From the IMG/VR virus record IMGVR_UViG_3300028394_000038: a stretch of DNA of 64,000 nucleotides; one strand, given 5' to 3'. Shown here piece by piece: positions 8,469-19,530 of this stretch; position 1 is the first letter of the stretch, and every line of letters starts with the position of its first letter. The translations under genes were made by a program, and so were the position numbers. The notes beneath the pieces were generated by a model. That model made no database searches. It had not been told where the DNA came from and saw only the letters and a program-made list of their open reading frames with translations. The DNA comes from a virus.

Positions 8469-9472
8469 CATATATTTTAGTAGATACTGCTAACACATTC
8501 TTCCGTGCCCGTCACGTCATTAAAGGTGACGCTGATATTAAGTTGGGCATGGCATTCCATATTACACTTAACAGTATCCGCAAGGCTTGGCAAGACTTTG
8601 GAGGCACACATGTAGTCTTCTGTCTCGAAGGTAGATCATGGCGCAAAGACTATTACACTCCTTACAAGGCGCAACGTGCGGCGGCTCGTGCGGCAAAGAC
8701 TGTAAAAGAGCAAGAAGAAGAAACCCTGTTCTGGGAATCATTTGATGCATTTAAAGATTTCGTTACAGAAAAGACTAACTGTACAGTATTACAGAATCAG
8801 CAGTTAGAAGCAGATGATTTGATTGCAGGTTTTATTCAAAGTCATCCCAATGACGATCACGTGATTATTTCGACAGATACAGATTTCGTGCAACTCATTG
8901 CTCCGAATGTTAAGCAGTATAACGGAGTAATGGAACATACTATTACACACGAAGGTATCTTTGATAAAAAGGGCAAGCGTGTTATTGATAATAAAACTAA
9001 AGAAGCTAAAGTAGTTCCAGACCCACAATGGCTGTTATTTGAAAAATGTATTCGCGGTGATACTAGCGATAACGTGTTTAGTGCATATCCTAAGGTACGT
9101 AAGAATAAACTAGAAGAAGCATTTAAGGATAGAGCTAATAAAGGATTCGCGTGGAACAATCTCATGTTGCAACGTTGGGTTGACCATAATGGTGCCGAAC
9201 ATCGTGTGCTAGAAGATTATGAACGCAATCGTAAGTTAATTGATCTTACACAACAACCTGCAGATATTCGCAATATTATAACAGAAACTATCATTGGTGG
9301 CATTAAGCCAAAGGAAGTTACACAAGTTGGAATTAGACTATTAAAGTTTGCACAACTTTATGATTTACAAAAAATCTCCGATCAAGCATCTAGTTATGCT
9401 GATCCTTTAAACGCTAAGTATCCTGCGGCTAGCTATACTTGGCAAGTTCTAAATAAGAAGGAAGTACAATGA
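8465..9472 (+). CDS. rnh: T4-type RNase H / 5'-3' exonuclease (FEN family)
   Basis: ILVDTAN, SWRKDYY..YKAQR, LEADDLIA, IISTDTDFVQL, GDTSDNV motifs. Confidence 0.92.
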   Translation: MTYILVDTANTFFRARHVIKGDADIKLGMAFHITLNSIRKAWQDFGGTHVVFCLEGRSWRKDYYTPYKAQRAAARAAKTVKEQEEETLFWESFDAFKDFVTEKTNCTVLQNQQLEADDLIAGFIQSHPNDDHVIISTDTDFVQLIAPNVKQYNGVMEHTITHEGIFDKKGKRVIDNKTKEAKVVPDPQWLLFEKCIRGDTSDNVFSAYPKVRKNKLEEAFKDRANKGFAWNNLMLQRWVDHNGAEHRVLEDYERNRKLIDLTQQPADIRNIITETIIGGIKPKEVTQVGIRLLKFAQLYDLQKISDQASSYADPLNAKYPAASYTWQVLNKKEVQ

Positions 9473-9945
9473 CCGAAATCCATGCAAAGCCTGTAGTAGA
9501 CGGAAAATTTTGGATTGTTGAACAAGACGAAAATAAAGTAGGTGTTCTAAAACTTACTGAACAGAAAAAATTTGTCTTTAGTTCAAAAGATACTATTACA
9601 GTATTTGATAATAAGAAAAAATTATTTGAAGCGTTTGGATCAAATTTCTTTGTAGCTAAAAAGAAAAACGAAGAAGTTGAATCATTAGATAGAGAAGTAC
9701 ACGGATATCCAACTAGCGGCGCACCATATAATCCCATGTATGATGTAAAGAAACACTTACCACTTTTTACTAAAAGTAATAAATCAAAATCGGTTTATTG
9801 TGCAGGCTACTATATTATTAAATTTGATAAAGGTTGGGTAAAGAGTTTTTGTCCTAAACTTATTACTGTTGAACGCTATCAATATGAAGGTCCATTTAAA
9901 ACTGAAATGGAAATGAAACATAGGTTAAACAATGCAAACAGATAA
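9469..9945 (+). CDS. hypothetical phage protein
   Basis: ATGA-coupled ORF with RBS. Confidence 0.8.
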   Translation: MTEIHAKPVVDGKFWIVEQDENKVGVLKLTEQKKFVFSSKDTITVFDNKKKLFEAFGSNFFVAKKKNEEVESLDREVHGYPTSGAPYNPMYDVKKHLPLFTKSNKSKSVYCAGYYIIKFDKGWVKSFCPKLITVERYQYEGPFKTEMEMKHRLNNANR

Positions 9946-10174
9946 GATTAATACAACTGTATTGACACAGTTTATGAATCAAATTAAGGCCGCTGATACT
10001 AGTAATCAGCGAGAAATTAGATTAGACATTGCTACTGCTAAAAACATACATCACACACTAGCATTAGTAATGACTAGATTAGCAGGCAACTATGAAGGTT
10101 TAATGCAGTCGCAGGCTAAGGAAGAACCAGTAATCACTGTTCAAATGGACGGTGGAGTATGGACGGAAAAGTAA
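9932..10174 (+). CDS. hypothetical protein
   Basis: ORF overlapping the previous stop. Confidence 0.75.
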   Translation: MQTDKINTTVLTQFMNQIKAADTSNQREIRLDIATAKNIHHTLALVMTRLAGNYEGLMQSQAKEEPVITVQMDGGVWTEK

Positions 10175-10183
10175 TGTAAATGC

Positions 10184-10191
10184 GATAAATA
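10184..10191 (+). promoter_or_regulatory. T4-type late promoter (GATAAATA)
   Basis: Intergenic match to the TATAAATA late consensus; a gp55 homolog is encoded in the window. Confidence 0.6.
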
Positions 10192-10219
10192 TATACGTAG
10201 TTATCTGGAGATAGTATAT

Positions 10220-10504
10220 ATGAGTCGACCTAAACCAAATGTAGTACTTGAAAGCGTTAATAAAAAAACGTATAAGAGTGATCAAATCCTAGAAGCGGAA
10301 GCTATTTGGGCTGTTTTCTATCTAGGAAAACCTTTCAACTTAAAAAGTCAAAACAGCCTAAGTGGTTATCCAGGTAGCAAGTATAAGAAAGTCAGTTTTT
10401 CAAATCCTGGCCACGCACATAATCTTGCTAAAAAATTAAACACTTTATTCAATAGCAAAGACTTTGCTGTTTATAAACTAACAACTGGTGAAGAAATAAA
10501 GTGA
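10220..10504 (+). CDS. basic hypothetical phage protein
   Basis: GGAG RBS; preceded by a late-promoter motif. Confidence 0.8.
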   Translation: MSRPKPNVVLESVNKKTYKSDQILEAEAIWAVFYLGKPFNLKSQNSLSGYPGSKYKKVSFSNPGHAHNLAKKLNTLFNSKDFAVYKLTTGEEIK

Positions 10505-10896
10505 ACAGAAAAACCTACACTAAAATATTCTTAAAATCAGCAGGCGTTGCTGTTACAGAAGAAAATATTAGTGTCAGTATGCGAGTGTGGTGGCAAAACA
10601 ACAGAACCAAAAGCGAAGGTGGTCTGCGTCTAACCGAAAAAGGTTTGGATTTTTTAAGAACTACTTTGGATTTGGCTGTTTACGAAGTTCCGTTTCCAAC
10701 CGGATTCGATTTAAAACCACAAGTGATTATATTTTTGGATAGATTTATAGACTGTCCATATTTCTTAACAGATCGCTCAATAACTGTACTTTCGGAAAGA
10801 AAGTGTTTTGAGTTATACCTTTTTAACGGTGATGTCCAAAAATACGGAATTACCAAAGCCATGCGTAGCAAAAAAGCCACAGAAGAAAATAATTAA
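10501..10896 (+). CDS. hypothetical phage protein
   Basis: GTG start overlapping the previous stop. Confidence 0.75.
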   Translation: MNRKTYTKIFLKSAGVAVTEENISVSMRVWWQNNRTKSEGGLRLTEKGLDFLRTTLDLAVYEVPFPTGFDLKPQVIIFLDRFIDCPYFLTDRSITVLSERKCFELYLFNGDVQKYGITKAMRSKKATEENN

Positions 10897-10904
10897 AAAA
10901 GTTC

Positions 10905-10933
10905 TTGACTTTTCTAGCGTTCTGCGTTATAAT
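10905..10933 (+). promoter_or_regulatory. sigma70-type early promoter
   Basis: TTGACT-17 nt-TATAAT with an A-rich upstream tract. Confidence 0.85.
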
Positions 10934-10985
10934 ACTAATACTGCGAAACAAAAGCAGAACTATTTTTTAACAGACAGGAGCTAGT

Positions 10986-12080
10986 ATGGCAAAAGCAGAA
11001 GTTATCAATCGTCAAGTGAGCCCGAACGGTGCAAAGAACGCTATTCGTAAGGCATTTAAGAAACAGCGTCCATTGTTCCTCTGGGGTCCCCCGGGCATTG
11101 GTAAGTCTGATGTCATTCATCAGTTAGGCGCAGAAATGGATGCTCATGTTATTGACATTCGTTTGAGTCTTTGGGAACCTACCGATATTAAAGGTATTCC
11201 TTACTTTGACAGCAACTCAGGTACTATGGTTTGGGGTAGCCCAAGCGAACTGCCTACAAAAGAGTTTGCTTCTAAATTCCCCCACGTTATTTTGTTCCTA
11301 GACGAAATGAACTCTGCGGCTCCTAGTGTACAAGCGGCGGCTTATCAGTTGATTTTGAATCGTCGTGTTGGACAATATCATTTGCCAGATAACGTTCTTA
11401 TTGTTGCGGCTGGTAACCGTGAAGCAGATAAGGGTGTTACTTACCGTATGCCTGCTCCGTTGGCTAACCGTTTTGTTCACTTGGAAATGCGTGTAGATTT
11501 TGATGACTGGTCACAATGGGCTACTGTAAACAAAGTACATCCAGATGTGGTTGGTTACTGCACCTTTGCTAAGAAAGACCTGTACGACTTTGATCCAAAG
11601 TCTAGCTCACGTGCCTTTGCTACTCCACGTAGCTGGTCCTTTGTTAGCGAGTTGTTGGAAGATGATGACACTAGCAACGACACATTGACTGATTTGATTG
11701 CGGGTGCAGTTGGAGAAGGATTGGCTATTAAGTTTATGGCTCACCGTAAGATCAGCTCTAAACTGCCTAAACCAGAAGACATCCTTACAGGCAAGGTTAA
11801 GAAAATGGAAACTAAAGAAATTAGTGCCATGTATTCTTTAACTGTATCATTGTGCTATGAGCTCAAAGATGCGGCTGACAAGAATGATAAGAAGTTTAAC
11901 GACAAGGTTAACTACTTCTTCCAATTTATGATGGATAATTTTGAAACAGAATTGGTTGTTATGGGTACCAAACTTGCATTGACACAATATCAATTGCCGT
12001 TGGATCCAGACGAGATTGCATGTTTTGATGACTTCCATACTAAGTTTGGCAAGTATATTGCGGCTGCTCAAACCAAATAA
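10986..12080 (+). CDS. MoxR-like AAA+ ATPase
   Basis: Walker A GPPGIGKS, Walker B LFLDEMN, AAGN, ANRF arginine finger, TPRSW sensor. Confidence 0.92.
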   Translation: MAKAEVINRQVSPNGAKNAIRKAFKKQRPLFLWGPPGIGKSDVIHQLGAEMDAHVIDIRLSLWEPTDIKGIPYFDSNSGTMVWGSPSELPTKEFASKFPHVILFLDEMNSAAPSVQAAAYQLILNRRVGQYHLPDNVLIVAAGNREADKGVTYRMPAPLANRFVHLEMRVDFDDWSQWATVNKVHPDVVGYCTFAKKDLYDFDPKSSSRAFATPRSWSFVSELLEDDDTSNDTLTDLIAGAVGEGLAIKFMAHRKISSKLPKPEDILTGKVKKMETKEISAMYSLTVSLCYELKDAADKNDKKFNDKVNYFFQFMMDNFETELVVMGTKLALTQYQLPLDPDEIACFDDFHTKFGKYIAAAQTK

Positions 12081-12087
12081 GCAGAAA

Positions 12088-12115
12088 ATAAAAGGTGTAG
12101 AAATACACCTTTTAT
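12088..12115 (+). terminator. intrinsic terminator-like hairpin
   Basis: Perfect inverted repeat ATAAAAGGTGTA-GAAA-TACACCTTTTAT right after the AAA+ gene. Confidence 0.7.
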
Positions 12116-12116
12116 C

Positions 12117-12145
12117 TTGACTTTTATACAGAATGACTGTATAAT
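12117..12145 (+). promoter_or_regulatory. sigma70-type early promoter
   Basis: TTGACT-17 nt-TATAAT. Confidence 0.85.
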
Positions 12146-12176
12146 ACATATATACAGTAAACATTTAGGAGCAAAA

Positions 12177-13355
12177 ATGGCACATAGTACCGATCCAGTA
12201 ATTGATAAAATTGTAGTAGCACGAGTAGGACTGCTATTACGTCATCCGTTTTTTGGCAATATGGCAACTCGAATGAAGCTCATTGATGCGTCAGATTGGT
12301 TACCAACTGCCGCTACCGATTTCCGTAACTTCTACTTTAACCGTGAGTTTTTTGAGAAAATGACTCCTCGTCAAGTTGAGTTTGTAGTAGCACACGAAAT
12401 CTTGCATTGTGTATTTGATCACATGATGCGTAACGAAGGCAGAGAAAAACAAATTTGGAACATTGCCGCTGACTATTGTGTTAACGGTATCCTAAAGCGT
12501 GACCGCATTGGTGATGATCCTCCTGTTAAGTTCTTCTATGATCGCAAGTACGACAACTGGTCAGCTGAACAAGTCTACGACGAAATCTATAACAAGTATG
12601 ATGAAGAACAACTTAACCAGTTAGGTCAAATGTTGGATCATCATATGGATCCAGAAGGCGGTAAAGATGGACAGCCACAGTACTCTAAAGAAGAACTGAA
12701 AAAGATCCGTGACGAAATTAAAGAAGCAATGATCCAAAGTGCTAATGCCGCAGGTGCAGGTAATGTGCCAGGCGAGATTGCACGTATGATTAAAGACATG
12801 ACTGAGCCTAAAATGGATTGGCGTGAAATGTTGCGTATGAACATTCAAAGTCTTGTTAAAAATGACTTCAGCTTTAGCCGTCCTAACCGCAAAGGTCAAA
12901 TGACAGGTGCTGTATTGCCAGGTTGCAATTTTGACACTAGCATTGACGTATGCGTAGCACTTGACATGTCAGGTTCTATTAGCGATGAAATGGGTGCGGA
13001 TTTCTTAGGTGAAGTCAAAGGCATTATGCAAGAGTTCAAAGATTTTAACATTAAGATTTGGTGTTTTGACACTAAGGTCTATAATGAGCAAGACTATGAC
13101 TCTTACAACGGCGATGAGATTGACGAATACGAAATCATGGGCGGTGGCGGTACAGAATTTGACTGTAACTGGGACTACATGAAGGAACATGATATTCGTC
13201 CTAAGAAGTTTATTATGTTTACAGACGGTTATCCTTGGAGTTCATGGGGTGACGAAGATTACTGTGATACAATCTTTGTTATACACGGTAACGACACTAT
13301 TGTTCCGCCGTTTGGTAGCTATGCATACTACGATATGGAAACTTCAACAGCCTAA
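12177..13355 (+). CDS. HExxH metallopeptidase-like + VWA domain protein (MoxR partner)
   Basis: AHEILH zincin motif; MIDAS-like DMSGS, GGGTEF and FTDGY; ATG at 12177 after AGGAG (the track's TTG at 12117 lies in the promoter). Confidence 0.9.
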   Translation: MAHSTDPVIDKIVVARVGLLLRHPFFGNMATRMKLIDASDWLPTAATDFRNFYFNREFFEKMTPRQVEFVVAHEILHCVFDHMMRNEGREKQIWNIAADYCVNGILKRDRIGDDPPVKFFYDRKYDNWSAEQVYDEIYNKYDEEQLNQLGQMLDHHMDPEGGKDGQPQYSKEELKKIRDEIKEAMIQSANAAGAGNVPGEIARMIKDMTEPKMDWREMLRMNIQSLVKNDFSFSRPNRKGQMTGAVLPGCNFDTSIDVCVALDMSGSISDEMGADFLGEVKGIMQEFKDFNIKIWCFDTKVYNEQDYDSYNGDEIDEYEIMGGGGTEFDCNWDYMKEHDIRPKKFIMFTDGYPWSSWGDEDYCDTIFVIHGNDTIVPPFGSYAYYDMETSTA

Positions 13356-13639
13356 TGTTATCTTTAGATAAGATCAATCCACTTAATGTATTAGGTTGTA
13401 GGGAGGTTGGTGAGCCACCTCCCCATTTCCATTATCTTCAATTAAACCTTAAATATAATATCGTAGCATCTGTTAAACAATGGATATACGAAAATCTGCA
13501 CAGCAGATTCTATCTAGGCGAGTGCCTACAGCTTACTGATAATCAATTTACTATACAAATTAAAATTGGATTTGAAGAGCCAAAAGAGGCCAGTTTCTTT
13601 TTGCTTGCGTGTCCACTTTTAAAGTATACAAATCATTAA
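13355..13639 (+). CDS. hypothetical protein
   Basis: TAATG-coupled ORF. Confidence 0.7.
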   Translation: MLSLDKINPLNVLGCREVGEPPPHFHYLQLNLKYNIVASVKQWIYENLHSRFYLGECLQLTDNQFTIQIKIGFEEPKEASFFLLACPLLKYTNH

Positions 13640-13679
13640 AGTGATATATAATAGTACTTACAACCAAAGGAGTAAAAAC

Positions 13680-13910
13680 ATGACTGAAACAACTACACAA
13701 CCAGAAGCACAAACTACACCAGAAGCACCAGCATCTGTAGATTTAACTGTACAAGACCTAGCCGGACTACGTTCAGTAATCGATGTAGCAAGTTCACGTG
13801 GCGCATTTAAAGCCGCTGAAATGGAAGCTGTTGGAAAAATCTTCAACAAGCTAAATGCATTCTTGGACCAAGTAGCTAAACAACAGCCTGCACCAGCAGA
13901 AGGACAATAA
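13680..13910 (+). CDS. hypothetical protein
   Basis: AAGGAG RBS then ATG at 13680. Confidence 0.8.
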   Translation: MTETTTQPEAQTTPEAPASVDLTVQDLAGLRSVIDVASSRGAFKAAEMEAVGKIFNKLNAFLDQVAKQQPAPAEGQ

Positions 13911-13914
13911 TCTA

Positions 13915-14529
13915 ATGGCCGATATCAAACACATTGGAAGGTTCAAGTCAAACGGACGTAAATGTCTGATTGCCTATAGAACACTGCCCGGTGAGAGTGA
14001 TTCTGCATTGGTTATCCAAACTGAAAACTTAACTGATGAAAACCACGACTCACTAATGAAGTTAGTTGAGTCACAGGGTGCTCAATCAAGTTATGAATTT
14101 GCAGAAGTCCTAGCACGAACAAGGTTCCAGGACGGTAGTATTATGCTGTCTAACTTACACGTTAATAAAAAATTACTTAAAGTAAAGACTAGCGATATTG
14201 AAGTAATTCCAAATATGAAAGCTGTTATTAGTTTAGATCAACTAAACCAATTAATTGCTGAACAAAAGGGAATTAGTGTCAATGATCTAGCATTAGGTAA
14301 TCAAACATCTATACAAGATGTTGCTAAAGTAAATGATCTAACAGTTGAAGAAGAAACTGTTCCACAAAAAGCATTTGAAACTAAACAATTAGATCAACCA
14401 CTTACTGATACAGACCTTGCAAAGAAATATCGTTCTGATGCAGATCGCCTTAGTAAGGAAGCGGCTCAACTTCGTAGGATGGCCGAAGAGCTAGTTCCAA
14501 CAAAGAAGAAAGCTGCCGTTGACGAGTGA
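13915..14529 (+). CDS. hypothetical phage protein
   Basis: Long ORF in operon context. Confidence 0.8.
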   Translation: MADIKHIGRFKSNGRKCLIAYRTLPGESDSALVIQTENLTDENHDSLMKLVESQGAQSSYEFAEVLARTRFQDGSIMLSNLHVNKKLLKVKTSDIEVIPNMKAVISLDQLNQLIAEQKGISVNDLALGNQTSIQDVAKVNDLTVEEETVPQKAFETKQLDQPLTDTDLAKKYRSDADRLSKEAAQLRRMAEELVPTKKKAAVDE

Positions 14530-14846
14530 CAAAAAAGTCTTTGCCTAAAGACGTAGTCGAGTCGTGGCCAGAGATTTTTAGTGATATAGATGTTCGTGCA
14601 ATACCGTTAGAGTATCTTGATTCCATACGAATCATTTTTGAAAACGGTAAAGTCTGGGACATAGACATTGCCAAATACGCTAAACACTCCGGCGAAGAAG
14701 ACTTAGAAGGTCATCTTAAAGAACTACTCAGCAACTACGAAGAGTCTATACAACATATAGACTTTCGTTTAGACGTCGCTAAAGTTAAAAAAGATGTAAT
14801 AAAACAAACTAAGAGTTTTCTTAAAAAACCAAAAAGAGAAAAATGA
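14526..14846 (+). CDS. hypothetical protein
   Basis: GTGA-coupled ORF. Confidence 0.75.
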   Translation: MTKKSLPKDVVESWPEIFSDIDVRAIPLEYLDSIRIIFENGKVWDIDIAKYAKHSGEEDLEGHLKELLSNYEESIQHIDFRLDVAKVKKDVIKQTKSFLKKPKREK

Positions 14847-15379
14847 TAGCAGGAATGTTTGCAGTAGATAGTGTCGGAGGAATGGGCTGGAAAGGTTCTA
14901 TGCCTTGGCCTAATAACCCCGACGATATGAAATGGTTTAAAGCCACTACACAAAATCAAATTGTTGTCATGGGTAGAAAAACTTGGGATAGTCCCGATAT
15001 GCCAAGTCCGCTACCCGGTAGACATAACGTAGTGTTTACCAATAACTTTTTTGATCAAGACGATATTGAACAAATACGTGGCGATGTTTGCGAAGCATTG
15101 GTAAGTTTAAAAAGCCATAATAAAAGAAAAAATGTTTTTATTATTGGTGGTCCTAATTTGCTCATGCAAAGTAGACCAGTTTTAGAACGTGTTTATCTTA
15201 CTCGAATATCAGGTGGTTATTTAAACGATACTACTATCGATATAGTAGACTTCTTAGACGGAATGGTATTACACCAAACTGTTAACCTTGGATCTTGTAT
15301 AGTAGAAGAATATCATAATGAAGCAATATCATCAAGCGTTAAAGCATATACTAACAAACGGAAAAAACAAGACCGATAG
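14843..15379 (+). CDS. folA: dihydrofolate reductase
   Basis: GxKGSMPW...[35 protein letters not shown] motifs. Confidence 0.93.
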   Translation: MIAGMFAVDSVGGMGWKGSMPWPNNPDDMKWFKATTQNQIVVMGRKTWDSPDMPSPLPGRHNVVFTNNFFDQDDIEQIRGDVCEALVSLKSHNKRKNVFIIGGPNLLMQSRPVLERVYLTRISGGYLNDTTIDIVDFLDGMVLHQTVNLGSCIVEEYHNEAISSSVKAYTNKRKKQDR

Positions 15380-16217
15380 AACGGGGGTAGGAACCCGTAG
15401 CGTATTTGGTTATCAAATGCGTTTTAATCTGCAAGAAGGTTTTCCAGCTACAACTACTAAGAAGCTCGCCTGGCGAGCGGTTGTAAGCGAACTCCTCTGG
15501 TTCTTAGAGGGTAGTAGCGATGAACGCCGGCTTGCGGAAATCCTACATGGTACTCGAGATCCTTCTAAGAAAACAATATGGACTGCCAATGCTGAAGCAG
15601 ACTATTGGAAACCTAAGGCAAGATTTGAAGGAGACTTAGGCCGGGTATATGGCGTACAATGGCGCGATTGGATATCTCATACACCCGAAGGTGATCCCGA
15701 CATTGATGATGAATACGGCAAAACATATTTTGACCCTATATACAAACACATTGATCAAATAGAAAAACTTATTGAAGGTTTAAAACAAGATCCTGATGGG
15801 CGTAGACATATTCTTAGTGCATGGAATGTAGGTGAGTTAGATCAAATGGCATTGCCGCCGTGTCACGTTATGGCACAGTTTGATGTTACAGATGGTCATT
15901 TAAGCTGTCAACTGTATCAACGTAGCTGTGACATGTTTTTAGGAGTGCCTTTTAATATTGCCAGTTATAGTTTACTAGTTCATATCATTGCTCGCGAGTG
16001 CGGTTTTAAGGTTGGAGATTTTGTTTGGACTGGCGGTGATTGCCATATCTATAATAATCACTTTGATGCTGTAAAAGAACAGCTGGCTAGAGAGCCTAAA
16101 GCATTGCCTATACTAGTGTTTACAGAAGGCAAAAAAATCGCCGACTATAACATCGACGATTTTGTATTACAAAACTATAATCCTGATCCAGCCATTAAAG
16201 CTGAAATGGCTGTTTAA
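15318..16217 (+). CDS. thyA: thymidylate synthase
   Basis: [54 protein letters not shown]. Confidence 0.97.
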   Translation: MKQYHQALKHILTNGKNKTDRTGVGTRSVFGYQMRFNLQEGFPATTTKKLAWRAVVSELLWFLEGSSDERRLAEILHGTRDPSKKTIWTANAEADYWKPKARFEGDLGRVYGVQWRDWISHTPEGDPDIDDEYGKTYFDPIYKHIDQIEKLIEGLKQDPDGRRHILSAWNVGELDQMALPPCHVMAQFDVTDGHLSCQLYQRSCDMFLGVPFNIASYSLLVHIIARECGFKVGDFVWTGGDCHIYNNHFDAVKEQLAREPKALPILVFTEGKKIADYNIDDFVLQNYNPDPAIKAEMAV

Positions 16218-19200
16218 CGTATAAACGCTTCTATTACTTTGACTCCGGTATCATCACTAGATTCTAAAGCAATAGCAAATACATCATTGGCATGGGGTAC
16301 AGCGGCTACAGCACAACCGTCATTGGCTGCTACTAGTCGTTGGCCTTTACGTACAGAACCAATTACCTTAACAGGAACTCTTCCTTTTAGTGCAACTGCC
16401 ACACCACCTTCTAGATCTTTATTCATTAGATAAGCAGGTTTATCGCTAACTACACCAATTGCTAAATCACCGTATCTACTAGCAGTAACTTCTTTTTCAC
16501 CGCCAATAGTTAATACTGTTCCAACTTCATAATCAGCATCTGGTAGATATTTTTCTGCCAAGTCAGCAAAGTATGCTTCGGTTGACACACCAATAAATTT
16601 GTCTGCTGTAATCCAGTTAGCACTAAAGTCGCCGCTACTGTTTCTAGCTACTAGTGTGCTGGCAACGTTACTTGTACTAGCGTTAACGCTAATTTTAACG
16701 TTATCGCCAGGTCCTGGCGAATATGCTGCCAATCCTTCATTTAATGATATATAATTTCCAGCAGTTAATTGCCCAACATAATTTAAACCAGATAAATTAG
16801 AACCGCTTAATTGGAAATCATCAGCAAACGCGGCTGAAATAGTAATAGCACCGCTACCATCAAAATTAGCTGTACCTTTTAAAATGCCGCCTAATGCTAT
16901 GGCTCTAGCTTGTTGTAGTTTATCAGCAGTTGCCGCTTTACCTGTAAAGTAAGCACTAGTACCACTACCAGTTCCCTGACTTAAAACTACTGTACCGTTT
17001 GGTGATAATACATCGCCGTTTAATCGAGCAATTACAGTACCATATCCGTTAGTACTATCGCCAAGCGTAAGTTTATTTTGGTTAGTATCATATGAGAATG
17101 TTGTTTGGTCTGCATAGATACTTCTTGGTTGACTTCCTGTACCAGGTAACCCGCCTGTAACAAATACAGGATAGAATGTACCAATATCTGTTGGTTTATC
17201 AGCAACTAAAATTTGAGATGAATTACCTACACTAATTTGTGCTAAATTTTTCCATTCTGGAACTGTTCCTGTACTAGATAATACATACCCTACTGAACCA
17301 ATTGAAAGATAATTAGTAGTATTTCCAGCTGTTTGATAAGGTATATCTCCTAATGCACCGTCGGATAAATTTTTAGCCTTAGTAGCTGTTGCCGCATTAC
17401 CGCCGATGCCGTTACCGTTGTCTGTTGCTACAATAGTTAATGAGCCAGCGCCGACGACTGTTTGGCTTGAAAACCCAATTGTTAATGTATTCTGTCCCAA
17501 TGCAGGAGCATCAGGTGTAATAGCTGTAATCACTACATTACCAGTAATTGCCGTACCAGTTACTTTAGCACCCACTCTCCAATCAGCTAGCCCTTGGAAA
17601 GTCCAAGGTGCTAACGAAGTTCCTGAACCAGTAAATGAATCAACAAGAACTGTTATAGTTAATGCAATGTAATCAACGGCTGTAATTTTTCCAGACATTG
17701 TTATAGTGTCGCCGCTTTGGGTTTTAGTTATTTTAACCCTATCATTGACTTGCCATCCTGGTACTTTTTGTACTGTGAATGTTTTAGACCCAGTGCCAAC
17801 TGTAGTTTGTGTTACCGAGACAAGATCGTCGTATCCGTTTCCTGTAGGAACACTACCTGGATTAGCAAATGTATTAACATTTGATACAATAATAGTAGTA
17901 GAAGTTGCGGCGCCACTTGTTCCAACTAATGTAGCATTGCTGTTAGTAAGAGCAATTGGTACTGCTGTTGGTGCAATATTGATGTTCCATGTGGAATTAG
18001 CTGTTGCACCAACTCCATCTGTGCGCGGTACCTTAAGGTTAGATCTTGCTTGTGTATCTGTACTAGCGTTTGTGCCACCGGCAGCAATTCCTAGAATGCC
18101 GCCAACACCAAACTTAGCATCAACATATGATTTAGGTACAGCCTGTTGATCAGTAGTAACTGTTCCAGTTAATGTAACTGTTGCATATGTTGGATCTGTT
18201 GGTTTTCCAACTATATCAGTATACTCAATATTAATATTGCCGCTACCGTCAAATGGTTTTCCGTTAATATTTCGAGGAGTTTTTAATACTGTAGCTGTAG
18301 ACGCATTACCGGCAAATGTGTCTGCTGAAATTGTACTAGTTCCGTCATTGTTTCTTTTACGTGCTACTAGTGTATCTCCACTATTAGTTGCCATAAAACT
18401 AGCTTGAAGATATGATGTGCCAACTTTTAGTGAATTAGCCTGTGTTGCTGTTCCATCAAAAGTTGTAGCATATACAGTAGCCCATTTAGCACTAGTGCTA
18501 CCCAAGTTAAATGCAGAACTTGTTGCATCCGGTCTAATACCGTATTGGTCAATTATTAATGGAAATACTGGAGTTGTATTTTGTTTAACCGAGAATGTAA
18601 TGCGCTGGCCGCCAAGTCTAGCTGAAATTTGTGGTTGGTTAGCAATAACTTCAATTTTTAAATCGTCGTTTGCTCCTAAAGTAAGACCTTCATCAACGCT
18701 AATTTTTACTTGGTAAGGCAATGTTAATAAATTGTTTACTGGACTTAGGTATTCAGATGGAAGTTTGCCGCCAAAACGCAATGCATTTGATACTGTTCCC
18801 CAAACTTTATATGTTCCGCCGCCGTTAGATCCGCTTATGCCAACTGCGTCAACGTTAGGAAATGTAATTCCTCGTTTGATTTGTTTAGAAGAAGGATCTG
18901 TAAAACCTGTAATAGTACTATCTGGATCAGCAATGTTTAATACAAATTCGTCTTCAGATATGATAAAATTAACTGCACCATTAACTGTTGCGGCAATAAT
19001 TCCGTGCGGTGTTCCGCTAGCATCAACAACGTTGCGACTGACCATTTGTGTGATGCCTGTACCAGCATTTTGCGGGCCAACTGTTAACCAGTCTGCTGTC
19101 ACTCCACCAATTCTAACTTTTAACTGATCTTTATTTGAATCAAACCACAAGTCTCCCGGGGTAGGAAACGGTGGTTCTGTTGCGCTATATTCTGCACCTG

Positions 19201-19480
19201 TTAGGGTTTTCCACACTTTTGCACCAGTAGAAGTATCACCAGTATGTACTTTTATTTTTTTGTTAGTTGTATCGTACCATAGTTGTCCAGAAATAGCATT
19301 TGGTGGTGGAATTTGTCTTGCAAAATTTTCCAATAAATGCACAAATGTTTCGTTCTGAATTTCTCCGTAGCCGGCATAATTTTTACCGACTAACTGAATG
19401 TCAAGAGTTTGATCAACTGTACCATCTTGTACAGTTGTTATTACTGTTGCATTATTCCATCTGTTTATTGTATATGACAT
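16214..19480 (-). CDS. tail fibre protein with a C-terminal intramolecular-chaperone/peptidase G2-like domain
   Basis: Shared fibre N-terminus ([10 protein letters not shown]...HLLENF...GQLWYD); [12 protein letters not shown] fibre repeats; C-terminal ADLAEKY...[12 protein letters not shown]...[11 protein letters not shown]. Confidence 0.8.
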   Translation of the reverse strand: MSYTINRWNNATVITTVQDGTVDQTLDIQLVGKNYAGYGEIQNETFVHLLENFARQIPPPNAISGQLWYDTTNKKIKVHTGDTSTGAKVWKTLTGAEYSATEPPFPTPGDLWFDSNKDQLKVRIGGVTADWLTVGPQNAGTGITQMVSRNVVDASGTPHGIIAATVNGAVNFIISEDEFVLNIADPDSTITGFTDPSSKQIKRGITFPNVDAVGISGSNGGGTYKVWGTVSNALRFGGKLPSEYLSPVNNLLTLPYQVKISVDEGLTLGANDDLKIEVIANQPQISARLGGQRITFSVKQNTTPVFPLIIDQYGIRPDATSSAFNLGSTSAKWATVYATTFDGTATQANSLKVGTSYLQASFMATNSGDTLVARKRNNDGTSTISADTFAGNASTATVLKTPRNINGKPFDGSGNINIEYTDIVGKPTDPTYATVTLTGTVTTDQQAVPKSYVDAKFGVGGILGIAAGGTNASTDTQARSNLKVPRTDGVGATANSTWNINIAPTAVPIALTNSNATLVGTSGAATSTTIIVSNVNTFANPGSVPTGNGYDDLVSVTQTTVGTGSKTFTVQKVPGWQVNDRVKITKTQSGDTITMSGKITAVDYIALTITVLVDSFTGSGTSLAPWTFQGLADWRVGAKVTGTAITGNVVITAITPDAPALGQNTLTIGFSSQTVVGAGSLTIVATDNGNGIGGNAATATKAKNLSDGALGDIPYQTAGNTTNYLSIGSVGYVLSSTGTVPEWKNLAQISVGNSSQILVADKPTDIGTFYPVFVTGGLPGTGSQPRSIYADQTTFSYDTNQNKLTLGDSTNGYGTVIARLNGDVLSPNGTVVLSQGTGSGTSAYFTGKAATADKLQQARAIALGGILKGTANFDGSGAITISAAFADDFQLSGSNLSGLNYVGQLTAGNYISLNEGLAAYSPGPGDNVKISVNASTSNVASTLVARNSSGDFSANWITADKFIGVSTEAYFADLAEKYLPDADYEVGTVLTIGGEKEVTASRYGDLAIGVVSDKPAYLMNKDLEGGVAVALKGRVPVKVIGSVRKGQRLVAANDGCAVAAVPHANDVFAIALESSDDTGVKVIEAFIR

Positions 19481-19509
19481 CTAGTAGCCCCTAAAACTAA
19501 CGTTATTAT

Positions 19510-19517
19510 TATTTATC
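19510..19517 (-). promoter_or_regulatory. late promoter (GATAAATA)
   Basis: Intergenic, upstream of the 1088-aa fibre gene. Confidence 0.7.
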
Positions 19518-19530
19518 GCTCTTTGTGCTT

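Noticed and set aside
15318-16217. thyA as a dCMP hydroxymethylase or other base-modifying variant
   Set aside because: It retains the canonical PFNIASY Asn and all ThyA motifs, and is paired with DHFR.
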